A stretch of DNA of 64,000 nucleotides. Origin: Salisapilia sapeloensis CBS 127946. Taxonomy: Eukaryota; Protista; Oomycota. The position numbers were made by a program, and so were the translations under genes. This document shows, one piece after another, positions 24,306 through 36,810 of this stretch; the first letter of the stretch is position 1, and every line of letters begins with the position of its first letter. The notes below the pieces were generated by a model. It made no database searches, was not told the origin of the DNA, and saw only the letters and a program-made list of their open reading frames with translations. The stretch spans positions 62,001 to 126,000 of the forward strand of contig JAADVB010000015.1 of assembly GCA_023334545.1 (NCBI GenBank), written 5' to 3'.

Positions 24306-24722
24306 TTATTGCTTGTCGTTGCTGAATTTGGATCGAACGGCGCGTTGGAGCTGGTAGATCTGCGCTGTCTCGTTTGAGGCGTGGCATGCCAGCAAGAGAT
24401 AGTTGCGAGGCTTGACCATCCAAGCGAATCGCATGAACACGGCGCTGTAGACCGTCAGAGCTAGAGGAGAGTTAGTTGTGGAGCAGGTTGATGGGACAAG
24501 AGATTGATACCGGTAGTCATGTTGACGGAGATCTTGTCTGCTGGTTTCTTAATGTCACTTAGAGCCTACGATGACAAGCGAGTTAGCTAGAGGAGGGAAA
24601 TGGGGATGTGATGCGCGTACGGCGACGACGAAGCCCCAGTTGGCGACGGGCCCCCAGAAGTGGGTCGTCTTCGGACCCGTGGGGCTGTTGAGAAAAGTTC
24701 GGAAACGCGCCGCCATCGACAT
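24306..24722 (-). CDS. MPC1: Mitochondrial pyruvate carrier subunit (MPC1-like); 3 exons
   Basis: Spliced: TTHFWGPVANWGFVVA / ALSDIKKPADKISVNMT / ALTVYSAVFMRFAWMVKPRNYLLLACHASNETAQIYQL. Confidence 0.92.
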
Positions 24723-24925
24723 GACTACTTGTACAAGGTGAGGCTCCAATAGAGAGCGATGTGCGAAAGTAGAGGAGTACCTTCGTAGAGAATAAAATCG
24801 ATATTTGCTGCTTGGAGCCGCACGACGATCTGAGACGGAGCGAAGGGTTTCAATTGTGGAGCTTGAAGAGCCGTTGATCCATCTGATCGCTTTGGCTTGC
24901 TTCGATTCTATTTTGTGCTTCGACA

Positions 24926-25758
24926 ATGGCTGAAGGAGGTAGCTTTGCGTATGCCAAAGTACATTGAAGACTCTAAGTGGTTGGAATAGATACAAGGGTG
25001 TCACTCGTGTCCATTCACCAGTGCTTTGCTTTCGATCTTCCCCAGAAAACGCCCAAGAAAGGGTATCGGTAAGTACTCTGATGACTTTCAGTCTGTTATG
25101 CCTGTATTGATGACGCTAGTGCAGGGCAGATGATTGGTCGGAAGAGCCATCCTGGAGTGGCAAATTGGTAGTCGTGGCAACTGATGCAGACAATGCAAAC
25201 ATTGAACTGAGGGATCCCGCCACAGACACATTGTTTGTCCAGGCCACGATCACTCGAAATGACTCTACGTCAGTTCAGAAAGGTACAAGTAGGAGTTCAA
25301 AGGTGTATTTGCATATGCATATTGAATACATGAATAGTCATGGATAGCAGTCGCTACTTTGTCCTGACGACAGGAGGAGCAAAGAACATGAAAAAGGTTG
25401 GCATCGCCTTTGAAAACCGAAGCGATGCCTTCGATTTCAACAGTGCTTTGGAAAATTTCCACCAGTATGCTACCTGCTTTCACGCTTTGAACTTGTTATA
25501 TGACTTGAATGGAATAGAGCAAAGGAAAAGAAGGAGAGCTTGGAAACGACAAGCCCTTCGAAGGACTACTCGCTCAAGACCGGACAAACGATGAAGCTCC
25601 GAATCAACACTGTTCGAACGCCAAAGCACAGTGCCATGAAAGACCCCTTCTCTCCTGGAAGCAGCAAACCCTTCATGACGGATACGCCAACGAGCGCCAG
25701 CGCCACTGCCTTCGAACAAGATGCATCTCACTCCTTTAGCGATTGGGAGACGTTTTAA
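24926..25758 (+). CDS. NECAP: NECAP (adaptin ear-binding coat-associated protein, DUF1681/PHear domain); multi-exon
   Basis: Spliced GYRADDW..SWSGKL, DSSRYFVL, GIAFENRSDAFDFNSAL, KDYSLKTGQTMKL, and a C-terminal WxxF motif (DWETF*). Confidence 0.85.
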
Positions 25759-25826
25759 CCAGGTACGATCGACTCCAACAAGTTAAGACTGCTTCAGTTT
25801 TATTGGAAACCTGCTCTTGGCTTTGT

Positions 25827-26795
25827 CTACTGACGCTTGTCGCCGTCCCACTTGTAAAATCCTTCGCCAGACTTGCGTCCGAGCTTTCCTTCCTGCACCT
25901 TTTGCCTGAGCAGCTCTGGCACGAAGAACGCTGGCTCGTTCGGATGACTCTTCGTCCACCCTTCCATAATGTACAGCGTCGTGTCGAGACCGACGTAGTC
26001 GGCCAGGGTCAGCGGACCCATCGGATGTCCAGCTCCGAGCTGCATACTGACGTCAATGTCTTCCTGGGACGCATCTCCTCTCTCGAGCATTGAGATAGCC
26101 TGCGTCAGATACGGCACTAAGAGTCGGTTAACGATAAAGCCAGGCGTATCTTTGCACGACACGGGCGTCTTGCCAATAGCACTGGCCCAGTCCTTGGCCG
26201 TGTCAAAGATCGCTGGGTCCGTCTTGTCCGTCCGGATGACTTCCACAAGCTTCATGATCTGGACGGGATTGAAAAAGTGGAGACCGACCACCTTCTCCGG
26301 CCGCTTCGAGGCATCGGCAAAGTCCGAGATGGCAAGGGAGCTCGTGTTGGAGGCAAAGATGCAAGAGTCTTTTGCAATGGTGGCAAGATTCGCATAAAAC
26401 TCCTTTTTCACATCCACGTTCTCGACAATAGCCTCGATGATCAGGTCGCAGTCATGCAAGTCGTTCACTTGCGTCGACGGTGTAATCAGGCCGAGTGTCT
26501 TCTCCACGCTCGCCTTGGCGTCCTCCTCCGACAGCTGACCCTTGGACACCTTCTTGGAGCTGACCTTGGTGAGCGAGTCGCTAATGCGCTTCATGCCGGC
26601 CTCGAGGCCCTGGGAGTTGGCATCAACGGCCACGACTTGAAAACCTGCTGCAGCGGCCGTCTGGGCGATCCCGTGGCCCATGAGTCCTAGTCCGACCATG
26701 CCCACCTTTTCGATCTTGGGCGGGGCACTGGAAAAGGCTCGCATGCACGACACAGCGCGCATGGGCATGGACTTGAACAAGGTAGAGCGCATCAT
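25827..26795 (-). CDS. HADH: 3-hydroxyacyl-CoA dehydrogenase (short-chain, mitochondrial)
   Basis: Motifs GLGLMGHGIA, IIEAIVEN, ASNTSSL, GLHFFNPV, CKDTPGFIVNRLLVPY, GAGHPMGP. Presequence-like N-terminus. Confidence 0.95.
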   Translation of the reverse strand: MMRSTLFKSMPMRAVSCMRAFSSAPPKIEKVGMVGLGLMGHGIAQTAAAAGFQVVAVDANSQGLEAGMKRISDSLTKVSSKKVSKGQLSEEDAKASVEKTLGLITPSTQVNDLHDCDLIIEAIVENVDVKKEFYANLATIAKDSCIFASNTSSLAISDFADASKRPEKVVGLHFFNPVQIMKLVEVIRTDKTDPAIFDTAKDWASAIGKTPVSCKDTPGFIVNRLLVPYLTQAISMLERGDASQEDIDVSMQLGAGHPMGPLTLADYVGLDTTLYIMEGWTKSHPNEPAFFVPELLRQKVQEGKLGRKSGEGFYKWDGDKRQ

Positions 26796-26868
26796 GGTGG
26801 ATTAGACTCGTGTTTGGATATGTCGGAACTGACGTGAAGCCGAGAAAGAAAATAAAACTGTCTTTTTC

Positions 26869-28215
26869 TTAGAGTCGAGCGGTAATCTCGGTGCTGCCGG
26901 CGTCTGGAGAAGAAGCGTAGCGTTCGTGGAGGAGCGTGGCGAAACTCACTAACCAAGTCCTTTTCTCTGATTGACACGGACCTAATACTGCCTCTACAAG
27001 CTCCTTCGCGAATGGAGTTGCATCCTTCTCAGTGGTTTCCAGCTGTCGGAATAAAGACACTTCGACTTCCTTTGCGTTTAGCTCTAGCAGATCGAGTGGA
27101 CTCATTTTGAGCAGCTCAAAGACCATGCTGGCTAGCTCTAGATCGTCTGAGTCCAGCATAATGACTTTGTTGCAACACTGTCGGAACATCCAGACACCAA
27201 GTCGCTGTCTCATCTGCTGCTCGTCACTGTAGTTGAACGAGTAGAAGACGTTTCCGAAAAGGAATCCACAGACCTTTTGCACCTCTGCTTTCTGCAATTC
27301 ATGTGGATATAGAGCAAGTGTTGTGTCGAGGTAGTACGGAATGATCTGGTGCGGAGGGAAGACATTGCCCAAGTTTTGAAGTGTAAACTGTAGAAACCGA
27401 TGGGAAAAATCGTCCAGCGGCTTGTACACGTGAAACATGCCGTCGAATACGAGAGCAACGCTTTGATCCCGTACTTGGTCGTTGAAAGCACACATCTGGA
27501 CAAGTCGACGCATGTTGCGCTGTAGGAAAGATGCAAGCATGAGCACCTCGCATCCGGTCACAATATCCTGCCGAATGGACACAGAGTTCTGCTTTGTATG
27601 ATGGTAGTTCGATAGCAAGTTCTCAAAACAATAAATGCCCGTCACGTCGGATGCCAGGAATTTGTCTATCGCTTGGTTCGCGGTGATCGTCACAGTCTCC
27701 TGAGCTTTAGATGTCGTAATCTCCTTTGGCAGTTCAGTCACAAAGAGAAGCTTGGCAGCAATGCGAAACATGCATATCCAGACATCCACATCATCGGAAG
27801 GCAGCGCCCCAAGGAGTGGCACTAGCGTCTCCATTGTGAATGTCGAGAAGTTAACAAGGTTACGGATATATCCATCCGCATCTGGAGACTCGGAGCTTGC
27901 AATAGAAAGCTTCTTTTCGTCGATTTTATCGTTTCCCATGCCTTTTGTAAGCAGACAGAGTCGTCGAGAATCGCTCGTCAGAGCTTGTAGTACATGCTCA
28001 ACACCTTTGCTGAACGTTTGTAAAACAGATATGGCACTTTTATCAAGCTGAGGCGATGATAACAGTTCTGCTAGAGACGCATGTAGCTTATCCATACCAT
28101 TCGTCAACTCATCCGTTGATTGCTTACTTGACTGCGATGCATCATTCGAGGCGAAGTCGTAATACCGAGCAAACAGGTTCTTGTATCCTGTCAAGAGCTC
28201 ACTTAAGTTACTCAT
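26869..28215 (-). CDS. Hypothetical protein, 448 aa, predominantly helical, no family recognised
   Basis: Long uninterrupted ATG-initiated ORF with ordinary globular composition, filling the gap between HADH and MED13. Confidence 0.75.
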   Translation of the reverse strand: MSNLSELLTGYKNLFARYYDFASNDASQSSKQSTDELTNGMDKLHASLAELLSSPQLDKSAISVLQTFSKGVEHVLQALTSDSRRLCLLTKGMGNDKIDEKKLSIASSESPDADGYIRNLVNFSTFTMETLVPLLGALPSDDVDVWICMFRIAAKLLFVTELPKEITTSKAQETVTITANQAIDKFLASDVTGIYCFENLLSNYHHTKQNSVSIRQDIVTGCEVLMLASFLQRNMRRLVQMCAFNDQVRDQSVALVFDGMFHVYKPLDDFSHRFLQFTLQNLGNVFPPHQIIPYYLDTTLALYPHELQKAEVQKVCGFLFGNVFYSFNYSDEQQMRQRLGVWMFRQCCNKVIMLDSDDLELASMVFELLKMSPLDLLELNAKEVEVSLFRQLETTEKDATPFAKELVEAVLGPCQSEKRTWLVSFATLLHERYASSPDAGSTEITARL

Positions 28216-28573
28216 GACTGGAAGCCAAGATTAATCGATTGAAGAGGGAAAATGAAGCAAACTTGGACGCCCAATCTGCTCTGACGATGCAAATGCGCTA
28301 TTGTTGTCAACATTGGTTATATGCATGTTTCACGAAGGTCGCTCAATATTTGTATTGCGTCAACCTTAGGAGCGCAACTTCAATACAGTTGTTGCATTTT
28401 CTGAAAGGTATCTTTGGTGAGTACTCCAATAATCTCTACTCTAAAAAAGTGCATCAGCTATGACGTATACGACAGAGTTGGATCAGCCATCTGAAAGCAC
28501 CACTAGACAAAAATCGGGTCGTCATAGATGAGAAGGAATATAATTCTACTCTCTTAGCTACCCTCTACTCTCG

Positions 28574-31500
28574 TCATGTCAGACTCGCTGATCGCAGTTG
28601 CAACGGATCACTCGTCAGCTGGGACTCCAGTGCATCTACCTCTCTCTTCATCTTGTCCACAGCCGCCAGGTGCAGAGGATACGGACTCTGTCGCTCCAAC
28701 GTCGCAGGGTTCATGGTCAAGTACGACAGCGCATGGAAGTCCTCCAGCACCGTCTGCATGACTCCGGATGTGGCCGTCACAGCGCCTTCCTCCTCGACTG
28801 TCTCCTCCACATGCTCTGGCATCTTTTTCACGATTTCGACATGCAGCATCACTGGCTCCTTCCGATGAAGCTGCTTTGCATACGACAGCTTGTCTGTCTG
28901 CCATGCATCGTGACTCGAAAGAAGCGTCGTGCGACTCGGTCTGACATCCAGCGGCGACAGTGCTAACACACCTTGCGATTCGTCTGCACACAGTATCGAC
29001 TCATTCTCTTCGCCTCGAAGCTGACATTTTTCTGTGCTGACAGTTGACGCATGGGAAATGTACATTTTAGACACGAGGTTGGCGTAGGCTTCTGGAATCA
29101 GCTCTTCTTTCCGATCCGCATACAGACTCGCCCACACCTCGACTTCTTCCTCCGGTATCCGACCATCCGTTTGACCCAATCGAGTGATCACCAGGACAGC
29201 AGGGTCGCCTAGAAGGGCTATAAAGCGCAAACATGTATGCATCATGGAAATGTACGTTTTACGCTTGTCGCTTTCGTCAATCGGTAGCGAATGCGTCTCG
29301 AGAAGAGAGCCTATGGCGTCTGTGCAGCTCACGTGAAGCCATTTGCCATTGGACGGTATCGAATAGGCTGCATAGATAAAGCACGGAGGAGAAGGAGACG
29401 TTCGTCGGTCCGTCAGGTGGTACAGTCGTTCTCCGACGAACGTCTCAGTGTCCGTCGGCTTGGCACCTGCGAGTGGACTGAGCTCTACACGTTCCATGAC
29501 TCTGTCGTACAGCGCAAAGCACGATGTAGACAGCGTCGATGGGTTCATGTGGAAAGCACCTTCGTAGATGTCTTCGAGATACAGCAACTCTAGCGTCATG
29601 CTGTGTCTCCACGCCACTTGCTCCACATCCTCTGCGCCGAAAAGACCCTTGGCTAGCGCACCAAGTAGCCACATCTTATGCTTCATGTCTCGTTTACCGA
29701 ACGGAGCGACGACGTACAGGACGTTCGAGACGGCAGAGCGAGAGAAGGCTTGCTGCTTGCGCGTACCGTCCTGCATCATCGGATTAAGCAGTTGAGCTGC
29801 TAGACGGTAGTTTTGGAAAGCATCTTCCGGCTTAGTAGGACATTCCAGCAACAGCATCGAATTGGAAGAGTCGATCTGAACACCCGACTGTTTCGTCAAA
29901 CTCGACAAGTCTAGTGGAGCATGGTCGCCCATGTTGCAGCGAGAGTACATGCTTCGGAAACTGGTCAGGTAGGACAGCGTGAGTGTGGCGAGCCAATCGG
30001 AAGGGGATACTGGGCAGAGGATGGCGTAGTCAAGAGGCTTTTGCGCAGAAACAGGATGCAGACCGCGCAGAACGTACTCTGCCACAGCCTGCGGCTCAGC
30101 ATGGAAGGTCACTTCTTCCGAAGAGAGGACGAAACGTGGCGGCTTGAGCGGCACGACAGGCAGCTGTGCTTTCTTCATGAACACCTTGGTGGTAAAGTCA
30201 TCAAAAGAAAGCCACGGAGCATGTGTCTCTCCTTCTTCATTTGATTCTGGCTGGAGACGAGTGACAGCAGATGAAAGCACAGGTTCCAGTCGCTGGACGA
30301 CGCTCTTCTGGTACCTGGTGGAGGCTGCAACCACCTTATCCGTGGACTGGCGACTCCACCAGAGCAAGTGTTCGGAAGGACTTTGGTCCCAGCCAGCGCG
30401 AGAAAATATGGCAGCCACTCGGACACCGATAGAGATTTCGCTTTTCTGGATGGTGTCCATGAGACTGCTTGGGCTTTGATATTGATCCAACTGACTGAAT
30501 CGGAATGAAAGCAATAGTTTCCTGGCTTTCTCTTTCTTCCGCTGACGCTTGCGACTCCGATCGTAGTACGTAGCAGAGTAAGTCACTCGCCAAGGAGCAA
30601 GCGATTTCGAGGCCTGCTTCATATGATATTCTTCCGGATCGAAAGAAGACAAGGTAGAGAACGATTGAATCGCTCTTGGACTCGGCATGAAAGAGTCTGC
30701 ATTCGCCACTGTCGTTTCAAATGTCAGAGCTTCTTCCGACCTTTTCAGCCACTCTTGCGTCTCTACTTCTACCTGCTCTGCCAGCGTCTGCAACACAGGA
30801 TGCACCTCGTCATCACCCACGCCACTGTTCTTTGAATTAATTGAAGATAAGTACTTGGTCTGAATCATCCGAGAAATGGACATCTTGTCGGTTGGGGATA
30901 TACTTTCCTCTGTCTTTTTCCCCAGTTGAGGAGATAGCTCCACAGGCTTAAAGTCATCACTTGGCTTGAGCACACTTCTGTCTTTCAATCGGCGCTTGTA
31001 CGCATGAACCTCCAAGTCCTTGACAGGGTCGAGAACTGGGTCCTTTGGAAACGTCATGCGCATGACAAGAGTGTTCGCATTCGGTTGGTTGGCCAGTGGA
31101 TCTGGAGACACTGGCTTTGTGAATTCGCTTGTCAGTGCTGCAGACTGAGGAGCGCTTGGCGTCGGAGGAACCACGGGTGGAGCCTGACCCAGGGCAACGC
31201 TCTCCACTTCCGCCTCGACCGCAGCTTCTTCCTCGTCCTCTTCGACTTCCTCCATGACCCCCTTTAATTCGTTCGTAAGGCCCGCTCCTTCACTTCCAGA
31301 CTGAACAGAGCTGTCATCTGCCTTCTTCCGTCGTTTTCGGCGACGAGTGACTGCTCGAAAGCGAGGAAAAGCGTCTTTGTAGTCCGTTTCAGACGTGATG
31401 CGTGCTGGCAGACTGGCTTTGGAGTGCCATACGTCCACTACCGAGTGGTCGAGAGCAGTGGGTAGCCCCATCTTTTGCTGCCATGCACTCTCGAGAGACA

Positions 31501-32088
31501 CCGGAGTGTGTGGTATCTGCAGCGTGACGTCAACATTGACGCAGACGTGAGAATGAAAGAGCTGGGGGTGGAGTTGGAAGGACGGACGAGGCGTCTGCTC
31601 TTTTAAATTGATATCAAAATGATTTGAATGCAAAAGAGATGGATATAGAAAGACAATGGCTGGGTCGTTCGGATAGAAATATCCGTTCGTGTAGATGAAT
31701 TCGCCAGAGGAAACGAGGACGGACGAAAGAAAGCCATGGACGGCACTTAGGAGGTGCTTTTGAACGTGCGGATCGAGAGTGTTCTGGCTTTCTTGGCTCC
31801 ATTCACCCTTGCTGACCTCTGCGCACATAATGACAGTTGGATTTTACGTAGTTTGGACAGTAGGAAGAGTAGTACCGGCGTTGGCGAGATCTGACGGAAG
31901 GGAACGTTGGCGCAGATTAGAGTTGTTCAAAGTAAACACCCACAATTGACGGTCTCCTTCATCCGATGCAAGGCACAAAAGCTGGGGTTCCAATCGCTGA
32001 CGTAATGACAGCAATTCGCTCTCCGAGACGTTCGTGGCTTGATAGACAGTCCACGAAAGTGTCTTGAGCTCACCCTGCTTGGACATGA
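28574..32088 (-). CDS. MED13: Mediator kinase-module subunit 13 (MED13-like); 2 exons
   Basis: C-terminal motifs YSRCNMGDHAP, IYAAYSIPSNGKWLHVSCTDAIGSLLET, VITRLG..E..W, VLEDFHALSYLTMNPATLERQSPYPLHL (cf. recalled LEQYNALSWL..DRRSCLPIH). N-exon ends QLWVFT. Intron 31819-31875. Confidence 0.8.
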
Positions 32089-32281
32089 TACCTTTAGCTC
32101 TATGGACGGTGTATGGGATGAGCGAGAGATACGTACGAGCGCAAAGACATTCGTCGACGGAGGCATCGCTCGTAGCACCGCCAAGTCGAGCTCCTGTAGT
32201 CAAAAACATCGCGTCCCTATTTCGTACCTAAGTGAAATTTTCGATCAAGTGCGAAACAACAGATCGTGAAACGAAAGATAA

Positions 32282-33770
32282 ATGCAAGTCGAGGCGCCGT
32301 CCGCTGGCAGTCCACGGCAATCTTCTGCCCATGAACAGGAGAGTAGTGCCGGAGATGATAAGGAGGAAGAGCAGCCTCAAGACACATCTGATAGAGAGTT
32401 ACTCGAGTACTACCGCCAGCGATGTGAGCAGTTTCATTCGGAGCAAGAGGAGATGCTGCATAAACTGGCACAAATAGAAGTACATACATTCGTTTCGCCA
32501 TGCATGCTACACGCTAACTAGATAAAATTTTTCTAGCTATCAAAGGAAGAGCTTTGCCAGGCCAAGATGGAGCTAGAGGCTAAGAAGGAAGAGGTTGTGA
32601 AATTATCAGGAAGCATAAAAGCTCTTCAGAGTGAGCTGACCCAAGTCAAGAAGAAGAACGTGGACTTGGAGGCAGAAAAGGAAGAGATACAGCGACAGCG
32701 AGACGAAGACAAGAGCAAGATCCAGTCTCTACTCCGGATGACCCAGCCATTCGAAGATCATGTACCACTTTTACAGTTGACAACTAGCTAGTTATAGCTT
32801 CTGACGGTATCCATAGATCGTATGTCATCGACCTCAGCCTATCTTGGGCAACAATCAGACGTCTAGCACCTCCTTCCGTATATACAGAGACTATGGCTAC
32901 CCATCCTCTCTATCTCTGGCAGCCGACTCGGCTCCTATTAACCGCAAACACACACTTCCCAAGCGACCTTGTTCTTCAAATAGCACTTTTCGTTCCTCTT
33001 TTACAAAGAGCAAAAGCGTTATGAACGAGTACGCGCATGAAGTACAAGTGCGACAGCTTCAGCAGCAGATGCAGAGTATCCAGAACCAGCTAGACTCGTA
33101 CAAGCTCCTGTGGAAACAGCGAGAGCAGACGCTGATGGACTCGTTTGCAGATGAACGGAGTGCGGCGGAAAGGTCTCGGTCTCGAGAAAAGGAACGATTG
33201 GAATTTGTTGAGAAGGAGTTGGACAGGACGCAGCAGCTGCTGGACGAAACGACCAAGGACTATCTAGTCCTCCGCCATCGAGCGCAGGAGAATGAGAAGA
33301 CAGCGCATGAAGAGATCCACTCGCTCCAGCAGCAGCAGCAGTCGATGCTAGAAGAGCGGAAACAAGAGTCAAGGTTCTTTGAGTCGGAAAGGTCTGCTCT
33401 GGTGCAGTCGACGCAAGAGGAGCAGCGGCAGGGGCTGGAAAGGTACAAGAGCCAGGTCCAAGCCAAAGACAGAGAGCTCCAGATCCTAACGCAGCAGTAC
33501 GCCGCTGTGCAGGAGGCATGCAGGAAGCGCATTGAGGCGCTGCAGACGCGACTCAAGCAGCTGAGGAGCAAGTACAAGAGTTTGGAAAAGAGACGAGCAC
33601 TCGAGAAGGAAGGTTTTGAACGAGACGTGGCGCAAGTGAGGAAGAAGCTGGAGCAGGTGGAGACGGAGCAGCTGCGCCAAGGACTTTATCGACAAGAAGA
33701 GTCGTACGAAGACGAGATCCAGTCGCTCAAGTCTCGTGTGGCTCAAATGAAACTGTCGTTGGACTCGTAA
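32282..33770 (+). CDS. CCDC77: Coiled-coil protein, CCDC77-like; multi-exon
   Basis: RELLEYYRQR..EQEEMLHKL, EDKSKIQSLL, TQQLLDETTKDYL, SKYKSLEKRRALEKEGFERDV..RKKL match recalled CCDC77 blocks. Confidence 0.78.
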
Positions 33771-33828
33771 GAGAGGAATTTTGTTTCCTTTCAAAGTTAG
33801 ACGATACACAACTAGTGAGGGGAGGAGA

Positions 33829-35503
33829 CTACAACTGATCTTCGATTTCCTGCACGAGCTGCAGCAACTCGTGTGCGTCCGGTCGGACGGACGGGTCCGC
33901 GTCTAGACACCGAGTGGCCAGTTCAAGTACCACCGACGGACACTCTGCTGAGAAGGCTGGACGCATCTTCTCTCCAATGACCTTCTTGACGACGTTCATG
34001 CCCTGCAGCTTTTTCCCAGAGTCGTCTCGCTTGTCCGAGTACGGCACTTCTCCCGTGTCGAGCTCGGACATGACGATGCCGAACGAGTACACGTCCGACC
34101 GTTCGTCGTATTTCTTCCCCATCAGCACTTCCGGCGCCGTCCAGTAGATGCTATCGTCTCTTGTTAGTTTACATACCTAGATATACAAAATGCACAAGAG
34201 TTTACGTTCCGACACCAGCAGTCATCGTCTCTTCAATCGATCGCTCTCTCGAAATACCAAAGTCACTCAGTTTCGCACGGAACTCTCCGTCGAGCAAAAT
34301 GTTCTTCGACTTGAGATCCCGATGAATGACTTTCGGTGTGAGCGAGTGGAGGTATCGAATGGCTTCTGCCACGTCCTCTGCGAGGAAGATCTTGTGGTCT
34401 CGCCAGTTCAGCTGCTTCTTCTTCCGTCTCAAAAAGTTGTACAAGTCGCCCTTGGCCATATACTCGGTCACGGCACACAGGTCCTGCACGCCGCTCCACG
34501 CGACGCCGACGAACTCGACAATCTTGGGATGGTAAAAGGACGCCATGAGCTTAATCTCAGCGCCAAAGCACTCGATCTCCTTTTCGTCGTTCTTCTTTTC
34601 ACTCAAAATACGCTTCACAGCCACCTGCCGATTCTCTAGCTGCGCTAGCCACACCTCTCCGAACGCTCCTTTCGACAGCACACGCGTAAAGTAGAGCGCA
34701 GAGTACGGAATGCGACGTCGACCTAGTGCCGGATCCGTCTGGAACTCTGTCAAGACTTTTTGCATGGCTTCACGAGACTTTTCCGTCGGCTCTGGCGCCT
34801 TCTTGTCCGATTTGGGGTTTTTCGGTGGCATCTTCCGCACGGGAGACCCCTTCTGATATCGTCCCTCTCCCTGCTGACGACCATCTTCATCGTGGTGCCG
34901 ACGACGGTCACCGGAAGGCCGAGCTGGAGGCACAGGACCACGTCGATTCTCTTCTCTATCATTATCCGATGCTGGTCGCTGGTGCTCGTCTACTGCTCGT
35001 CTATCTCGACGCGGATACGCCGGTGGTGGCACTGGGGTTGACCGAGGTTCTCTCGGTGGATGATTGCGCTGGTCATACGACGGGTGAGAGCGCGGCTCTT
35101 TCCTTCGTCCGTGACGAGCAGGGTCCATGGGTACATTAAATGCATTCTGGGGAGTTCCATGCTGCCCATCTTGCTCCGACATGTGGAAAGAAAGCGGTTG
35201 ATTCGATTGATCCGGCGGGAACGAGTTCGTCACCTGTACTTGGGAGGTGGCAGGAGACTGCGTACTCGGGTTGCTTGCATGCGTCGGTAAACTTGGTTGT
35301 GGGAAGTCAGGACCGAGTTCAGTCTCGGCCTTCTTTTGTTTGCGGTGCCGGTGCCACATGAACAAGGCGGCGGCAAGGAAGAGAACGACAACCACGGCGA
35401 TGACAACATAGATGATGGTGGAGGAGGACCCGTCGGCCCGCACCGGCCGAGCGGCGACGGCGATGGCCGCGAGGACGAGCTTGACGGCCGTCCTGACGTT
35501 CAT
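33829..35503 (-). CDS. Receptor-like TKL kinase with signal peptide, almost no ectodomain, TM and long Pro/Arg-rich juxtamembrane region; 2 exons
   Basis: ATG 35503 MNVRTAVKLVLAAIAVAARPVRA-DGSSST-IIYVVIAVVVVLFLAAALFMW. Motifs SKGAFGEV, VAVK, HRDLKSKN, DFG. Intron ~34151-34206 gives AGVGT-IYWTAPE. Confidence 0.88.
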
Positions 35504-36089
35504 GTCTGTAATCGAAATACTGTCTTTTTCTCCGTGTTTTCCACCGATGACTTGACTACTGTATACAACTGGCGGCTGTCTTGCGATCGAACTGATTTTT
35601 TGTAGGAGCACGAGGACTTCAAGTGGCGGCAAGACCTCCATGGACGGCTGGCCATGGGTTCACCATCATCATGCCGTTAACTTATGACACTCGACTGCCG
35701 ATGGATCGTGTGTCCGCTTGGCGACTTGTATCACTGCCTCGGGATACACGAGCCGCTCGTGTCCGGTTGCTGGTAACGCGGAAAAAGAGTAGATGGAGGT
35801 AATTCAGACACTTTGTTTGGTCTATTCAAACTATGCTGGATGGACACTTACAGGAGGTAGATGGATGTACTGCTCTCTGTCATATCGACTAGACGCTTCA
35901 GACGCCAGCAGACCCTTCATCTACCAACTTCAACGCTGCGTGTGTGCTGGTTGAAGTGCGTCTCACTCGACCATGGCCATTCACTCTTGGCGTTTGTATG
36001 GTTGGCACACAACGTTAAACACACGAGTAACAGACCTTGAAATCGTTTGTTCATTCTTTCGAGAATTTGGTCATTCCACTTTAATCCGA

Positions 36090-36770
36090 ATGCTGCTGAC
36101 GCGTGTGCGCTGCGCCCTCCGAGCTCCGTCTACCTCCCGCCTCTTTTCCAGCCAAGCCATGGCCGCTGACTCTGCTCCCCACGACCTCGTCCTCGACAAC
36201 TTTTGCTTGCGCCAGTTTGACGACCCAGAGTACGCTGGCACCAAGATCCGCTTCGACAAGCACGAGTTCGAGCGCAAGATCAACGAAGCGTACCAGGCCA
36301 ACGGCAAGCAACTGACGGACGGATACGCTCCTTTCTGCAAACACCTCTTCATCGAGAACTTCACCGACACGCGGAAGAACGTGGCGGAGATCTCGCAAAG
36401 CAACAGGAAACTGCTCTTGTCGGCCTATGAAGCACGCAGCGAGAACGAACTGCCGGTCTTGGTCCGTTGGTTCCCATCCCACAGCGTCACACCGAAAATT
36501 GCGCAGTACCTGGACGTGATCCTGTACTCGCGTGACCAAGTGCGTGAGGAGAACAAGGCCATGGGCGTCGAATTCGACGAAAGCAGTACGGCTCCGTGGC
36601 GCATCATTTCCGTCAAGGCTCAGGATGTGGACCACGAATTGCCGATGAACCCGACAACGATGATGAGGAATGCGCTCGGCCGAGAGGAAGGCGGGTCCGG
36701 CGTCCCTCTGGATCGCGACGAGTACATGAAGAGCGTCGAGTATTGGAAGAATCACGCGATCGTGAGGTAA
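36090..36770 (+). CDS. DUF3228-family protein
   Basis: FCLRQFDD, DGYAPFCKHLFIENF, YEARSENELPVLVRWF, YLDVILYSR, PMNPTTMMRNALGREEGGSGVPLDR are recalled DUF3228 motifs. INR-like tcattccacttt at 36071. Confidence 0.8.
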   Translation: MLLTRVRCALRAPSTSRLFSSQAMAADSAPHDLVLDNFCLRQFDDPEYAGTKIRFDKHEFERKINEAYQANGKQLTDGYAPFCKHLFIENFTDTRKNVAEISQSNRKLLLSAYEARSENELPVLVRWFPSHSVTPKIAQYLDVILYSRDQVREENKAMGVEFDESSTAPWRIISVKAQDVDHELPMNPTTMMRNALGREEGGSGVPLDRDEYMKSVEYWKNHAIVR

Positions 36771-36810
36771 GGAGAGAATATAGGAAGAGAAGAGAAGACT
36801 GTCTTTCTTT

